The notes: generated from the sequence alone by a model not told the origin. 64,000 nucleotides of DNA from Candidatus Aldehydirespirator sp. (GCA_965221605.1 CBDCSK010000014.1:26666-90665); one strand, 5' to 3'. Counted from the stretch's first letter, positions 16,949-26,669 are shown. Program-made: numbers and translations.

Positions 16949-18079
16949 CTAACCGGGCAGGCGGCGGTAGGTCGCAACCCGCCAGGCCCACTCAGCGGGG
17001 CCGTATCGATGCTTCGCCAACCATGCTTGTGACCACCACAGCTGCAGACCCCAGACGCCGACCATGAACAGGGCCAGCAGGCTGCGGCTCAGATCGGTGA
17101 AATCGAGCAGCCCGCGCAGGATGGCGATGCCGAGGATCGTCTGGGTGAGGTAGTTGGTGAGCGCCATCCTCCCCACCGCTCGGATCCGCCCGTTGAACGG
17201 CCGCTCCGAAGTCCTGCGATGCCAAAGGCTGATCAGGGCCGCGTAGCCGAAGACGATGGGAATCGTGGCGATCGTGTTCGGGATCGTTCCGATCAGGGCG
17301 ACGTCCGGTCCGAAGTCGTTGAGAGCCACGAAGCCGAAGCCGGCGGCGCTGAGGAGAAGACCGAGTCCGAGCCCCCATCGCGCTGATCTCAGGTAGGAGT
17401 CGTTGGACTTCTGGCCGGTGAGGAACCCCGACCTGTAGGCGGCCACACCGATCAACATCATCCCCAGCCCACGGAAGAAGAAGTCAGAGATGAACCACAG
17501 CCCCACGGCGTCGGACATGTCACCGGCCACGCCCCAGTACTCGCCCAATCCCTGCCCGTCGGCGTCGATGGTCGGCTGCAGCACGGCGGCACCGATCGCC
17601 GGCACGGCCACGGCGACCGCCCCGAGTGACAACAGCAGCCGGGTCGGCAGGTTGCGCATCGCGATCAGCAACGGCGAGCACGCCGCATAGAGGATCAGCA
17701 CGTCGCCGTCCCACAGCGCGGCGTGGGCGACTCCGATCAGCAGCAGCAGGAAGTTGCGCCACAGGCTGAAGAGCCCGGCGCGACGGCCTCTGGCGGCGGC
17801 CCGATCGGCGAACAGGACGATGCCGGCACCGAACAGCATCGAGAAGAGCCCCATGAACTTCTGATCGAAGAAGACCTCACCGAGTCCGCCGATGAGCCAG
17901 TCGAGCCAGTTCTGGGGGCTGGCGGCGTCGATGTTGAAGTAGGCGCCGGTCCCGAGTCCGTAGGACACGACGTTCATGGTCAGGATGCCGAGGACGGCGA
18001 TGCCCCGGATCGTGTCGAGGCTGGTGATCCTCTCCGAGCCCGGAGTCGGCCTCGCCGCGGCGCTCGTCGTGTCCGGCAT
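16949..18079 (-). CDS. DUF418/YeiB-like integral membrane protein
   Basis: The N-terminal LDTIRGIAVLGILTMN motif and about 9 hydrophobic segments are typical of the YeiB/DUF418 family. Confidence 0.65.
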   Translation of the reverse strand: MPDTTSAAARPTPGSERITSLDTIRGIAVLGILTMNVVSYGLGTGAYFNIDAASPQNWLDWLIGGLGEVFFDQKFMGLFSMLFGAGIVLFADRAAARGRRAGLFSLWRNFLLLLIGVAHAALWDGDVLILYAACSPLLIAMRNLPTRLLLSLGAVAVAVPAIGAAVLQPTIDADGQGLGEYWGVAGDMSDAVGLWFISDFFFRGLGMMLIGVAAYRSGFLTGQKSNDSYLRSARWGLGLGLLLSAAGFGFVALNDFGPDVALIGTIPNTIATIPIVFGYAALISLWHRRTSERPFNGRIRAVGRMALTNYLTQTILGIAILRGLLDFTDLSRSLLALFMVGVWGLQLWWSQAWLAKHRYGPAEWAWRVATYRRLPG

Positions 18080-18093
18080 GAAGGTCGAGGCTC

Positions 18094-18441
18094 TCAGAGG
18101 TCCAGATGCAACTGCAGGGCGTCGTCGACACGCGTCATGAGATCGACAGGTACTAGGCCGACGGTGCCTCCGACACTCTGCACATCGACCGCTCTGATCT
18201 GCTCGGCCTGTGCCTTGGAGTCCACGGCGAGCCCGGTCTCGGCCGCGGTAAGCAGCACCTGAAACGGGTGGATGAACTCTGTGTTCGAAGTGATCGGGAC
18301 GATTGTCACGACTCCACGCCCCAAGCGCGCCGCTGTGGTGTTGGCGCCGTCGTTGCTGACAATTACCCCCGGACGCGTGCGAGTCGCCTCAGCGCCCAGG
18401 ACAGGGTCCAGCCTGACTACCCGTATCTCACCCCTTCGCAT
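18094..18441 (-). CDS. mazF: MazF/PemK-family type II toxin (endoribonuclease)
   Basis: RRGEIRVVRLDPVLGAEATRTRPGVIVSND signature. Its start overlaps the antitoxin stop by 1 nt. Confidence 0.85.
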   Translation of the reverse strand: MRRGEIRVVRLDPVLGAEATRTRPGVIVSNDGANTTAARLGRGVVTIVPITSNTEFIHPFQVLLTAAETGLAVDSKAQAEQIRAVDVQSVGGTVGLVPVDLMTRVDDALQLHLDL

Positions 18442-18665
18442 TAGTCCTCGGCCAACCCGTCACCGACAACTGCGTCCCAGACCTTGTCCTCGCCGCTGTC
18501 TTCCCACTCTGCGAAGGCTTGCGCGTAGTGCTGTGACAGTTCGGAGGCCCGGAGGAGTCGTATCGCCCTGTGCAGGGTGGCCGACCGCGAGGCGATGCCG
18601 TGGGATCGCGCGTATTCGTCCAGGAACTCGACGTCGCTCTCGGGAATGCTCACACTGACCTTCAT
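18441..18665 (-). CDS. Ribbon-helix-helix (CopG/MazE9-like) antitoxin
   Basis: 74 aa, with an MKVSVSIPESDVEFLDEYA beta-strand/helix start and an acidic C-terminus. It lies directly upstream of mazF. Confidence 0.75.
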   Translation of the reverse strand: MKVSVSIPESDVEFLDEYARSHGIASRSATLHRAIRLLRASELSQHYAQAFAEWEDSGEDKVWDAVVGDGLAED

Positions 18666-18674
18666 GACGGAGAT

Positions 18675-18767
18675 GCTACCAAGGTAGCAACTCTGGTACT
18701 ACCTGACCGCCTACGACGCTGACCATCCGACGCTCGACCCGCGCGAGCAGTGATATCGTTAGATATC
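18675..18767. promoter_or_regulatory. Operator-like repeats in the divergent TA promoter region
   Basis: GCTACC-AA-GGTAGC (18675-18688) lies next to the RHH antitoxin start. Two GATATC palindromes (18752-18757 and 18762-18767) lie about 20 bp upstream of the vapB GTG. Confidence 0.4.
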
Positions 18768-18787
18768 TCTTACCCAGGGGAGCAGCG

Positions 18788-19009
18788 GTGACCGACATTC
18801 TCATTCGTGACGTTCCCGACGACGTGGTCGCGGCTATCGAGGCCAACGCCAGGAAGGCCGGCCTGTCGAGAGCCGAGTACCTGCGGAGGACGCTTGAGCG
18901 GGAACGCGCCGACCCTGCCGGCGAAGTGACCGTGGAGTCTCTCCGGCGCTTCAAAGAGACCTTCGCAGACCTGGCTGACCCCGACGTGATGCGGTCGGCC
19001 TGGTCATGA
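18788..19009 (+). CDS. vapB: VapB-type (RHH, FitA-like) antitoxin
   Basis: [34 protein letters not shown] is a typical RHH antitoxin N-terminus. There is a 4-bp ATGA overlap with vapC. Confidence 0.8.
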   Translation: MTDILIRDVPDDVVAAIEANARKAGLSRAEYLRRTLERERADPAGEVTVESLRRFKETFADLADPDVMRSAWS

Positions 19010-19422
19010 CCGCCTGGCTGATCGACAAATCAGCCCTGGTACGGCTCGACTCGAGTCCCGACGCCGCGGAGTGGGCATCGAGAATCCAACGCGGGCTGGT
19101 CCGTATCTCCACGGTTACCCGGCTGGAGACCGGGTTCTCGGCCCGCTCAGCCGAGGACCTCCGGCGCAGCTTCGCCGGACCGCCGCTCAGCGCCATGCCC
19201 GTCGAGTACCTCACCCCCGCCATAGAGGACCGTGCGCTCACGGTGCAACTTGCCTTGGCGCAGGTGGGCCACCACCGAGCGCCCTCGGTCCCCGATCTTC
19301 TGATCGCCGCGACCGCCGAAGGCGCTGGGCTGACCGTCCTGCACTTTGACAAGGACTTCCGACTCATTGCCGACGTCACCGGCCAGCCGCTAGAGCGTCT
19401 GGTCGTCCCCGACGATCCGTAA
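19006..19422 (+). CDS. vapC: VapC-type PIN-domain toxin
   Basis: PIN acidic residues in LIDKSAL, ...TRLE..., [10 protein letters not shown] and HFDKDF. Confidence 0.85.
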   Translation: MTAWLIDKSALVRLDSSPDAAEWASRIQRGLVRISTVTRLETGFSARSAEDLRRSFAGPPLSAMPVEYLTPAIEDRALTVQLALAQVGHHRAPSVPDLLIAATAEGAGLTVLHFDKDFRLIADVTGQPLERLVVPDDP

Positions 19423-19503
19423 GGCTCACCGGATCAGGCCTCGTGACCGGTTCGCTTCTATCGTGGGCCTCGACCGCCACGTGACCACGCCGGGAAGAGT
19501 CCC

Positions 19504-20376
19504 ATGACCCAGCCCACGTACCAGCTCCACCACCTTTGCATCTTCGAGAAGCAGCCCCGCGACGCCATGTGGAACTGGCTGCGCTGGTACCACGCCATAC
19601 CCGCCTACTACTGGGAGGGTGTCGCTGACCTGCACCACACCGACGAAGGAGGGGTGGACTACACGTTCCTGGCCTGCGGCGGCCCGTTCCAGCTGCAGAT
19701 GGAGGCCCCGCCCTACCAGTTCGAGTACGAGCGCAACTGGTTCGCCCAGCACGACTCGGGCATCAACCACATCTGCTGGATCGTGCCCAGCGCCTACGAC
19801 ACCGTCGACCACCTCCAGTCCAACGGCGCCACCGTGGCCATGCCCTACGAGGAGTTCGGGGACACCTACCACGGCTTCGTGGCCATCGACCCCGAGGGTC
19901 GCTGGGTGGAGATCATGTCGTATCCGGGCGAGTTCAAGACCCCCGACGTGGAGTTCCGCCCGGTGGGGCATCCCGGCCTGCAGGCCCTGGGCGTGGTGCA
20001 GCTGTGCCGCGACCTCGACAGCCAGGTCGAGTGGTACACCGACGTTCTGGGCCAGCGGATCATCCTCGACGCCCGCAGCGGCAACGACGGCCTGGTGTAC
20101 CTGGCCGACCACACCTACGAGGGCCGCCAGTGCGTGAACGTGCTGGCCACCCCCAGCACCGAGGCCGAGCACGGCCTGATGGAGCGCCACGGGCCGGTGA
20201 TCTCCACCGTGCTGTACCAGGCCGGCGATGTGGACGCCGCCTGGCGCGACGCTGTGGCCGCCGGCTTCGGCGAGGTCGCTGCGCCCGCGCACGACGACCG
20301 CATCGGCGCCCGCACCGGTTACCTGCGAGAGCCCAGCGGCAACCTGGTGCAGGTACGCGAGCGACTGGCTGCATGA
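19504..20376 (+). CDS. Two-domain VOC (glyoxalase/bleomycin-resistance/extradiol dioxygenase) family protein
   Basis: Two repeats of the HHLCI.../HICWIV... and LGVVQL... beta-alpha-beta-beta-beta pattern. Confidence 0.65.
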   Translation: MTQPTYQLHHLCIFEKQPRDAMWNWLRWYHAIPAYYWEGVADLHHTDEGGVDYTFLACGGPFQLQMEAPPYQFEYERNWFAQHDSGINHICWIVPSAYDTVDHLQSNGATVAMPYEEFGDTYHGFVAIDPEGRWVEIMSYPGEFKTPDVEFRPVGHPGLQALGVVQLCRDLDSQVEWYTDVLGQRIILDARSGNDGLVYLADHTYEGRQCVNVLATPSTEAEHGLMERHGPVISTVLYQAGDVDAAWRDAVAAGFGEVAAPAHDDRIGARTGYLREPSGNLVQVRERLAA

Positions 20377-20846
20377 CCCTGAACATCAGGGGGATCCACC
20401 ACGCCGGAGTGGTGGTTCGCGATCTGGATGCCGCAGTCGCCTTCTACGGCACGCTGCTCGACATGGAGATCATCGCACGGGACCGGTGGCGGGATCCCGA
20501 CCCAAACGCCGACAGCGCGGTGGGACTGGTCGGATCCTCCGCCGACGGTGTGATGATGCGCGGATCGAGCAGCTACCTGGAGCTGTGGCAGTACCACGCC
20601 CCCGACCGGGAGGGCGACGATCCCGCCGATCGGGGCGCCCACGAGCTGGGGCTGCGCCACCTAGCCATCGAGGTGGACGACGTAGGCGCCGCCCTCGACC
20701 GGGTCGTCGAACTGGGCGGCAGCCGGATGGGAGAACCGCTGGACTACGGCCACGGCGGCGAGGCGGTCTACTGCCGGGACCCCTTCGGCACCATCATCGA
20801 GTTCATGTCGATCGGCTCGTCCGGCGAATCGCTCGACGAGTTGTAG
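20373..20846 (+). CDS. Single-domain VOC family protein
   Basis: The ATG overlaps the previous stop (ATGA). IHHAGVVVRDLDAAVAFY...LRHLAIEVDD...YCRDPFGTIIEF. Confidence 0.75.
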   Translation: MTLNIRGIHHAGVVVRDLDAAVAFYGTLLDMEIIARDRWRDPDPNADSAVGLVGSSADGVMMRGSSSYLELWQYHAPDREGDDPADRGAHELGLRHLAIEVDDVGAALDRVVELGGSRMGEPLDYGHGGEAVYCRDPFGTIIEFMSIGSSGESLDEL

Positions 20847-20855
20847 AGCGGCCTC

Positions 20856-21689
20856 TCAGCCCTCCATCAGGCGCATGGGGTCGCCCATGTCGTGGTAGCC
20901 GAGGTAGCCGCCGCCCACCGCTGAGGCGTCGTAGAGGGCGTAGCCCAGCAGTTCCTGGGCCCGCCGGGGCAGCCTGCGGGCCACCTCGGGCGGGATGTTC
21001 GTGTAGCTGTTCTCCACCGGCCGCAGCCAGCCGCAGCAGTAGCCGGTGGACAGGGCCCGCCGCCAGCGGTCGGCGGTTCGGTTGGCACCGCCGGCGTGCA
21101 GCGTGTCGCCCCGGAAGAACAGCGCCGAGCCGGCCGGCAGCGAGCAGGCGGCCACCTCTTCAGGAGCGGGCTGGCGACCGGGCTCCCAGCGGTGGCTGCC
21201 GAGCGCCACGAGCGTGCCTGCCATCTCGGGGGTGATGTCGACCAGAGCGGCGATGCTGTTGACGATCATCGGAGCGGCCGGGCGGGCAAAGTTCCAGGCG
21301 TCGTCATCCCGGTGGAACGGCTGGGCCGACTCCCCCGGACCGATGTCGATGACCTCGCCGTTGTTGAGGATGATCGTGGGGCTTATCGGGCCCATCACCG
21401 CCTCGGCGAAGCCGAGCAGGCGCTGGTCGAGCATGATCTCCACGAAGCTGGGTGCCTTGACGCACAGCGCGTGAAGCCGCCGGGTTCTCCTCCCCAGGAA
21501 CTCGTCGGACGTGTCAGAGCCCGAGTCGGTGCCGCCGTGGGAATCAAGCCACGGCTCCAGTTCGGCGTTGAACCGCCCCAGCAGGTCGCGCGAGAGCCAG
21601 CCGTCGACGATCACGCCACCGTCGCGCTCGTTGGCCTCGACGATGTCGTCCGCAGTGCAGTCGGCCGGCAGCCGCCCCATCTCAGCCAT
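20856..21689 (-). CDS. Phytanoyl-CoA dioxygenase (PhyH) family Fe(II)/2-oxoglutarate oxygenase
   Basis: HxD (PFHRDDD) and a distal His (DTLHAGGAN). The start is uncertain. The first Met of the ORF (21740) would overlap the divergent Ldh_2 ATG within CATG, so I chose the internal Met at 21689. Confidence 0.7.
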   Translation of the reverse strand: MAEMGRLPADCTADDIVEANERDGGVIVDGWLSRDLLGRFNAELEPWLDSHGGTDSGSDTSDEFLGRRTRRLHALCVKAPSFVEIMLDQRLLGFAEAVMGPISPTIILNNGEVIDIGPGESAQPFHRDDDAWNFARPAAPMIVNSIAALVDITPEMAGTLVALGSHRWEPGRQPAPEEVAACSLPAGSALFFRGDTLHAGGANRTADRWRRALSTGYCCGWLRPVENSYTNIPPEVARRLPRRAQELLGYALYDASAVGGGYLGYHDMGDPMRLMEG

Positions 21690-21738
21690 CAGACAGGTTT
21701 CTACAGTAGAGCGAGGGGCCGCGACGAAGGGAGCCGAC

Positions 21739-22881
21739 ATGAACGAGCCGAACCCCGCCGAGGGCGCTGCGATGCTCAGGGAGGACCCTGACTTCCTGGA
21801 GCACTGCTACCGCCGGGTGCTGGGCGAGTTGGGCTTCTCCGACGAGCACGCCGCGGTGGTCGCCGGCTGCGTGTCCGACGGGGACCGCAACGGCAAGCTC
21901 ACCCAGGGCATGGGCGTCTTCGAGATCCCGGTGCTGATGGCCCGCACCGGCACGATGGACGTCACCGCGGTGCCGGAGGTGGTGGACGAGGGGCCGACGT
22001 GGCTGGTGATCGACGCCCGCCGATCCTCGGGCCAGTGGGCGATCACGATGGCGACCGAAGCGGCGATCGCCAAGGCCCGCGAGCACGCCGTCGCCATCGC
22101 CTTCGTGCGGGACTTCAACGACGCGGGCGCCTTCGGGACCTATGTCCGGATGGCGGCCCGCGAGGGCATGCTGGCCATGGCCACCAACAACAGCCTGCCG
22201 CTGGTGTCGCCCTGGGGCGGCATGGAGAACGTCCTGTCGGGGGCGCCCTTCGCGGCGGCGGCACCGGGCGGCGAGCACCCGCCCATCACCTCCGACATCC
22301 AGGCCATCGAGGTCCACGACGGCAACCTCAGCGAGGCCTACTTCCAGGGCAAGCGGCTGCCGGGGCCCTTCCTGGTCGATCCAGACACGGGCGAGCTCAC
22401 CGACGATCCGGCCCCCTACTTCAAGCAGATGGAGGACTATGGCCGCATATCGGACTGCGAGGCACCGTCGGTGTTCGGCTCGCCCCGGCTGTACGCGTTC
22501 AACCTGTTCACCGAGATGCTGGCCGGGCTCATCAACCCCGGCGCCCGGTTGAGTCCCGAGATCGCGGGACCCCCGTCCTACTGGCTGGAGCCCCGCGACG
22601 AGGCCCTCACCGGCGGAGCCTGCGTGATCGTGATCGACCCGTCGCACTGGATGCCCGCCGGCGAGGCCGGGCGCAAGTCGGACCGGCTGGTCGAGGCGGT
22701 GAAGGGCGCCAGACGGCGCCCCGGAGTGGACGAGATCTTCCTGCCCGGCGAGCGGGGCTGGCGGGCGATGGCCTCGTCCGATCCGGTCGAGATCCTCCCC
22801 GCCCACTGGGACTCGTTCATGCAGATCCTCGAGAGCGTCGGCCTCGACATCGACACCCTCCGAGCCGAGTTCGCCGGTTAG
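21739..22881 (+). CDS. Ldh_2 (malate/L-lactate/ureidoglycolate dehydrogenase type 2) family oxidoreductase
   Basis: ATG 21739 is preceded by GAAGGGAG. The length and the pattern ...GKLTQGMGVFEIP...ATNNSLPLVSPWGG... fit the family as I remember it. Confidence 0.55.
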   Translation: MNEPNPAEGAAMLREDPDFLEHCYRRVLGELGFSDEHAAVVAGCVSDGDRNGKLTQGMGVFEIPVLMARTGTMDVTAVPEVVDEGPTWLVIDARRSSGQWAITMATEAAIAKAREHAVAIAFVRDFNDAGAFGTYVRMAAREGMLAMATNNSLPLVSPWGGMENVLSGAPFAAAAPGGEHPPITSDIQAIEVHDGNLSEAYFQGKRLPGPFLVDPDTGELTDDPAPYFKQMEDYGRISDCEAPSVFGSPRLYAFNLFTEMLAGLINPGARLSPEIAGPPSYWLEPRDEALTGGACVIVIDPSHWMPAGEAGRKSDRLVEAVKGARRRPGVDEIFLPGERGWRAMASSDPVEILPAHWDSFMQILESVGLDIDTLRAEFAG

Positions 22882-22908
22882 CGCTGCAGCCGCTATGAAG
22901 GTCCGGTA

Positions 22909-23901
22909 ATGGGGTTCCGGTTCGACCATGTGGGCTTCCTGGCCCCGGACGTGGACTACAGCTTCGGCGTCTACCGGGCTCTGGGCTGCGAGGTGACCGA
23001 GCGGACCTACCGCCGGGGCTCCCACGACGTGGCCTACGGGGGTGCGGGAACCGACGTGCTGCTCGAGTTCCAGGGCCCGCCCCTGCTGGCCGAGTCCGAG
23101 GAGTACCTGAGGAGCCAGCCCTGGAGCATCGAGCGGGTGGCGCTGGTGTGCGAGGACGTGGAGGCGGCCTACGCCCGGCTCATGACCGCCGGGGTGCCGT
23201 CGGCCTGGGCTCCGGAGCCGTTCATCGTCGACGGTGTGACCCTGGCCGTGGCCGCGGGGGTGTGGTCGCCCGAGGGGCTCATGATCGATCTGGTCGAACA
23301 CCGCGACGTGGCCGTCCCCCGGCCTGCCCGGGGCCCCCGGGAGGACCTGGCCCTGCACCACGTGTGCTGTGTGACCTCCGATCTGGCCCGGGCCGAGGCC
23401 TTCTGGATCGAGCACTTCGGGCTGGTCAAGACCTACGACTTCACCGCACCGCTTCCCGGCGGCGGCACCCAGGGTTTCGTGATGTTGAGCGACCCGTTCT
23501 TCGACGCCGCCGGCCACGAGTTCAGCCTCGAGATCATCGGTGGCGCCTTCGACACCATCGACGGCCCGGTGTTCGAGCGACGGGGAAGCTGCTACGACCA
23601 CATTTGCTTCACCACCGGCGACGTGGCCGGCACCTGGCAGCGGGCAGTGGACCGGGGCGTGGAGCCGCTGAGCGAACCGGCCTACTACCCCGAGTACGAC
23701 AGCACCATCGCCTGGCTCTACGACGCCGACGGCACCCACATCGAGCTGATGAGCCCGGTGCCGGCGGACCTGATGGTCGACGCCCATCGCCGCGGCCACT
23801 GCGACAACCATTGGGTGGACGACTGGCAGCGCAACGCGGCGGTGCTCCCCCGCCGGGGCGACACTGCCTTGCAGATGCACAGGACCGAGCGGCAACAATG
23901 A
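22909..23901 (+). CDS. Two-domain VOC family protein
   Basis: FDHVGFLAPDVD... and LHHVCCVTSDL... repeats; ...YDHICFTT...THIELM. Confidence 0.65.
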   Translation: MGFRFDHVGFLAPDVDYSFGVYRALGCEVTERTYRRGSHDVAYGGAGTDVLLEFQGPPLLAESEEYLRSQPWSIERVALVCEDVEAAYARLMTAGVPSAWAPEPFIVDGVTLAVAAGVWSPEGLMIDLVEHRDVAVPRPARGPREDLALHHVCCVTSDLARAEAFWIEHFGLVKTYDFTAPLPGGGTQGFVMLSDPFFDAAGHEFSLEIIGGAFDTIDGPVFERRGSCYDHICFTTGDVAGTWQRAVDRGVEPLSEPAYYPEYDSTIAWLYDADGTHIELMSPVPADLMVDAHRRGHCDNHWVDDWQRNAAVLPRRGDTALQMHRTERQQ

Positions 23902-23938
23902 ATGCCGACACCGCTCGACCCGAGGGAGGCCGCCGCGT

Positions 23939-24973
23939 ATGAAGGCTGCCATCTACGACGCCCCCGGCCTGCCGCTGCGCATTTGCGAAGTGCCCGATCC
24001 CCGACCCGGCCCCGGTCAGGCCGTCATCAGGGTGTCGGCCTGCGGGGTCTGCGGCTCGGACCTGCACGCCACCACCCCCGAGGGTGATCTGGCCCGCCGG
24101 GGCGCGGTGCTCGGCCACGAGGTCACCGGCGAGATCGTCGAGATAGGCCCCGATCCGGTCGGGGACTGGGCGGTGGGCGACCGGGTCTACGCCATCCCCC
24201 TCGGATCCTGCGGGCGTTGCCCCCATTGCCGGCTCGACCGCCCCGAGGACTGCCCGAACCAGGTGAACTTCGGAGCACTCGGCCCCGACGAGCCCGACGG
24301 CGCCTACGCCGAGCACATGACGGTGTCGCTGTCGGACCTGCTGGCCGTTCCCGACGGCGTCGGCATGGATGTGGCCGCATTGTGCGAGCCGCTGGCCACC
24401 GGGCTGATGTGCGTCCGCCAGGCCCGTCTGGAGATAGGTCACCGGGTGCTGATCATGGGCGCCGGCCCGATCGGGCTGGCCGCCACCATCTGGGCCCGGT
24501 TCCTGGGCACTCGCCGGGTGGTGGTGTCCGAACGGGTCGCGCACCGCCGGGAACTGGCTCTGCGCCTCGGGGCGACCGACACCATCGACGCGGGCTCGGG
24601 CATCGATGTCGCTGAACAATTCGCCGAGCTGACCGGCGCGGAGCCCGACGCGGTGATCGAGGCGGTGGGGCGACCGGGAATGCTCGATGCGGCCATCGCG
24701 GCGGTCCGCCCCCATGGGACGGTGGTGACCGGCGGCGTGTGCATGGAGCCCGACTCCTTCGACCACCTGCAGGCCTATGCGAAGGAACCACAGATCCGCA
24801 CGGCCCGCGTCTACACCAAGGACGAGAACCGGTTCATCCTGGAGATGATCGAGGCCGGACGCATCGACCCCACGCCGATGATCTCCCACCGCATCGGGCT
24901 CGACGCCCTGCCGGCCGCCTTCGAGGCGCTGCGGACACCCACCGACCAGTGCAAGGTCATGGTGATGCCGTAG
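23939..24973 (+). CDS. Zinc-dependent alcohol dehydrogenase (MDR) family
   Basis: ACGVCGSDLH, GHEVTGEIVEIG, CGRCPHC and GAGPIGL. Confidence 0.85.
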   Translation: MKAAIYDAPGLPLRICEVPDPRPGPGQAVIRVSACGVCGSDLHATTPEGDLARRGAVLGHEVTGEIVEIGPDPVGDWAVGDRVYAIPLGSCGRCPHCRLDRPEDCPNQVNFGALGPDEPDGAYAEHMTVSLSDLLAVPDGVGMDVAALCEPLATGLMCVRQARLEIGHRVLIMGAGPIGLAATIWARFLGTRRVVVSERVAHRRELALRLGATDTIDAGSGIDVAEQFAELTGAEPDAVIEAVGRPGMLDAAIAAVRPHGTVVTGGVCMEPDSFDHLQAYAKEPQIRTARVYTKDENRFILEMIEAGRIDPTPMISHRIGLDALPAAFEALRTPTDQCKVMVMP

Positions 24974-25010
24974 TGGACCAGCAACGCTGGCACACTCCGG
25001 AGCAACCGCG

Positions 25011-26669
25011 GTGACCGTCGAGCGGGGCAGCTCAGAGGGCCAGTGGCTCACCTGGCTGGAGCGCATCAGCGCCGACGGCCCCAGCGCCGACCCCGAGGCG
25101 CTGGAGATCTGGGGCTACACCGACCGGCCCAGCTACGCCCCGGGCGAGACGGTGGGCCTGCACGTCTCCACCACCGCACCGGTGTGGGGCTTCGAGGTGT
25201 GGCGCGACGGGCATTCCTTCCAGAGGGTGCACGAGCAGGGCGGCCTGGTCGGCGCTCACCATCCGATCGGTGACGACGTCGTCGCGATGGGCTGCGGCTG
25301 GCCCCAGGGTGCCTCCTTCGAGATCCCGGCGGGCTGGGCCTCGGGCGGCTACATCGTGGTGCTGCGGGCCGAGCGGGACGGCCGCGAGGTCACCCAGGAC
25401 GCCTTCTTCGTGCTGCGGGCCGCGGTGCCGGGGCAACGCTCGAAGCTGGCCATGGTGGCCACCACCTACACCTGGCAGGAGTACAACGACTGGGGCGGGG
25501 GCTGCGGGTACTTCTCCGACGAGTACGTCGACCACACCGCCCACCCGCTGGAGGTGCGCGAGAAGAGCTTCAAACCCCGCCTCAGCTTCCACCGGCCGTG
25601 GTCGCGGGGCCTCATTCGCACCCCGGTCGGCGCTCCCCGCATCGCCCAGCCGCCCCCGCCGGTGGGCGCGGCCGTGGGGGTCCCGGCCGCGGACTGGGCC
25701 ATCAGCAACGGCTACTCGGTGTGGACGGTGGCCTCGGGCTGGGCCCGTTACGACGCCCTGACGTTCCGGTGGCTGGAGGCCAACGGCTATGAGCCCGAGC
25801 TGCTGTCGCAGTGGGACCTCGACCGCGACCCCGGCGTGCTCGACTCCTACGAGGCGGTGGTCACCACCGGCCACGACGAGTACTGGACGGCCGCAGGCAG
25901 AAGCGTCCTCGACCGGTTCATCGAGCGGGGCGGCGGCTACGCCCGTTTGGGCGGCAACATCGTGTGGCAGGTGCGCATGGAGGACGGCCTGAGCACCCAG
26001 GTGTGCCACAAGTACGCGGCCCACGCCGACCCGGAGCGCCACAGCGACGACCTCGACCGGCGCACCGGCGCATTCGAGGCCCACTACATCGACCGGCCCC
26101 CGGTGACCACCTTCGGCGCCAACGGCTTCCGGGGCGTGTACTCCCGCATGGCGGGCCTGTCGCCGCGGGGGGCGGGCGGGTTCATCGTGTACCGGCCCGG
26201 CCACTGGGCCTTCGACGGGGCCGACGTGTACTACGGCGACGTCCTGGGCGGCGACATCCCGCTCGTGGGCTACGAGACCGACGGCGTCGCCTACACGTTC
26301 CACCGGGGCCTCCCCTATCCCACCGGCGAGGACGGCGCCCCTGAGCACCTAGAGATCCTGGCCCTCACGCCGGTGACGCTCGAGGAGGAGGACCACGGCC
26401 AGGCCGGCAACCTGATCTCGATCGCCGACGGCGACCTGGCCTTCGCGGCCGAGGCCCTCTTCGCCGAGGACACCCCCGAGAACCGCGACCGCATCCGTCG
26501 CGGCAGCGCGGTCATCACCGCCATGTCCAAGGGCGCAGGCGAGGTCTTCTGCGCGGGAACCACCGAGTGGTGCCACGCCCTGGCGGTGGGCGACACCCAG
26601 GTCGAGATCATCACCCGCAACGTCCTCGACCGCTTCCTGACTGAACACACCCTCGTAAGTCCCGAGTAG
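25011..26669 (+). CDS. N,N-dimethylformamidase large (beta) subunit-like protein
   Basis: LAMVATTYTWQEYNDWGG and the overall ~550-aa architecture resemble what I recall of the DMFase beta-subunit family. This was not verified by a search. Confidence 0.5.
   Translation: MTVERGSSEGQWLTWLERISADGPSADPEALEIWGYTDRPSYAPGETVGLHVSTTAPVWGFEVWRDGHSFQRVHEQGGLVGAHHPIGDDVVAMGCGWPQGASFEIPAGWASGGYIVVLRAERDGREVTQDAFFVLRAAVPGQRSKLAMVATTYTWQEYNDWGGGCGYFSDEYVDHTAHPLEVREKSFKPRLSFHRPWSRGLIRTPVGAPRIAQPPPPVGAAVGVPAADWAISNGYSVWTVASGWARYDALTFRWLEANGYEPELLSQWDLDRDPGVLDSYEAVVTTGHDEYWTAAGRSVLDRFIERGGGYARLGGNIVWQVRMEDGLSTQVCHKYAAHADPERHSDDLDRRTGAFEAHYIDRPPVTTFGANGFRGVYSRMAGLSPRGAGGFIVYRPGHWAFDGADVYYGDVLGGDIPLVGYETDGVAYTFHRGLPYPTGEDGAPEHLEILALTPVTLEEEDHGQAGNLISIADGDLAFAAEALFAEDTPENRDRIRRGSAVITAMSKGAGEVFCAGTTEWCHALAVGDTQVEIITRNVLDRFLTEHTLVSPE

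Noticed and set aside
21682-23952. A 756-aa minus-strand ORF spanning the Ldh_2 and VOC genes.
   Set aside because: It is a shadow ORF with low-complexity Gly/Arg/His/Pro composition and no recognisable motifs. The plus-strand frames encode well-formed Ldh_2 and VOC proteins.
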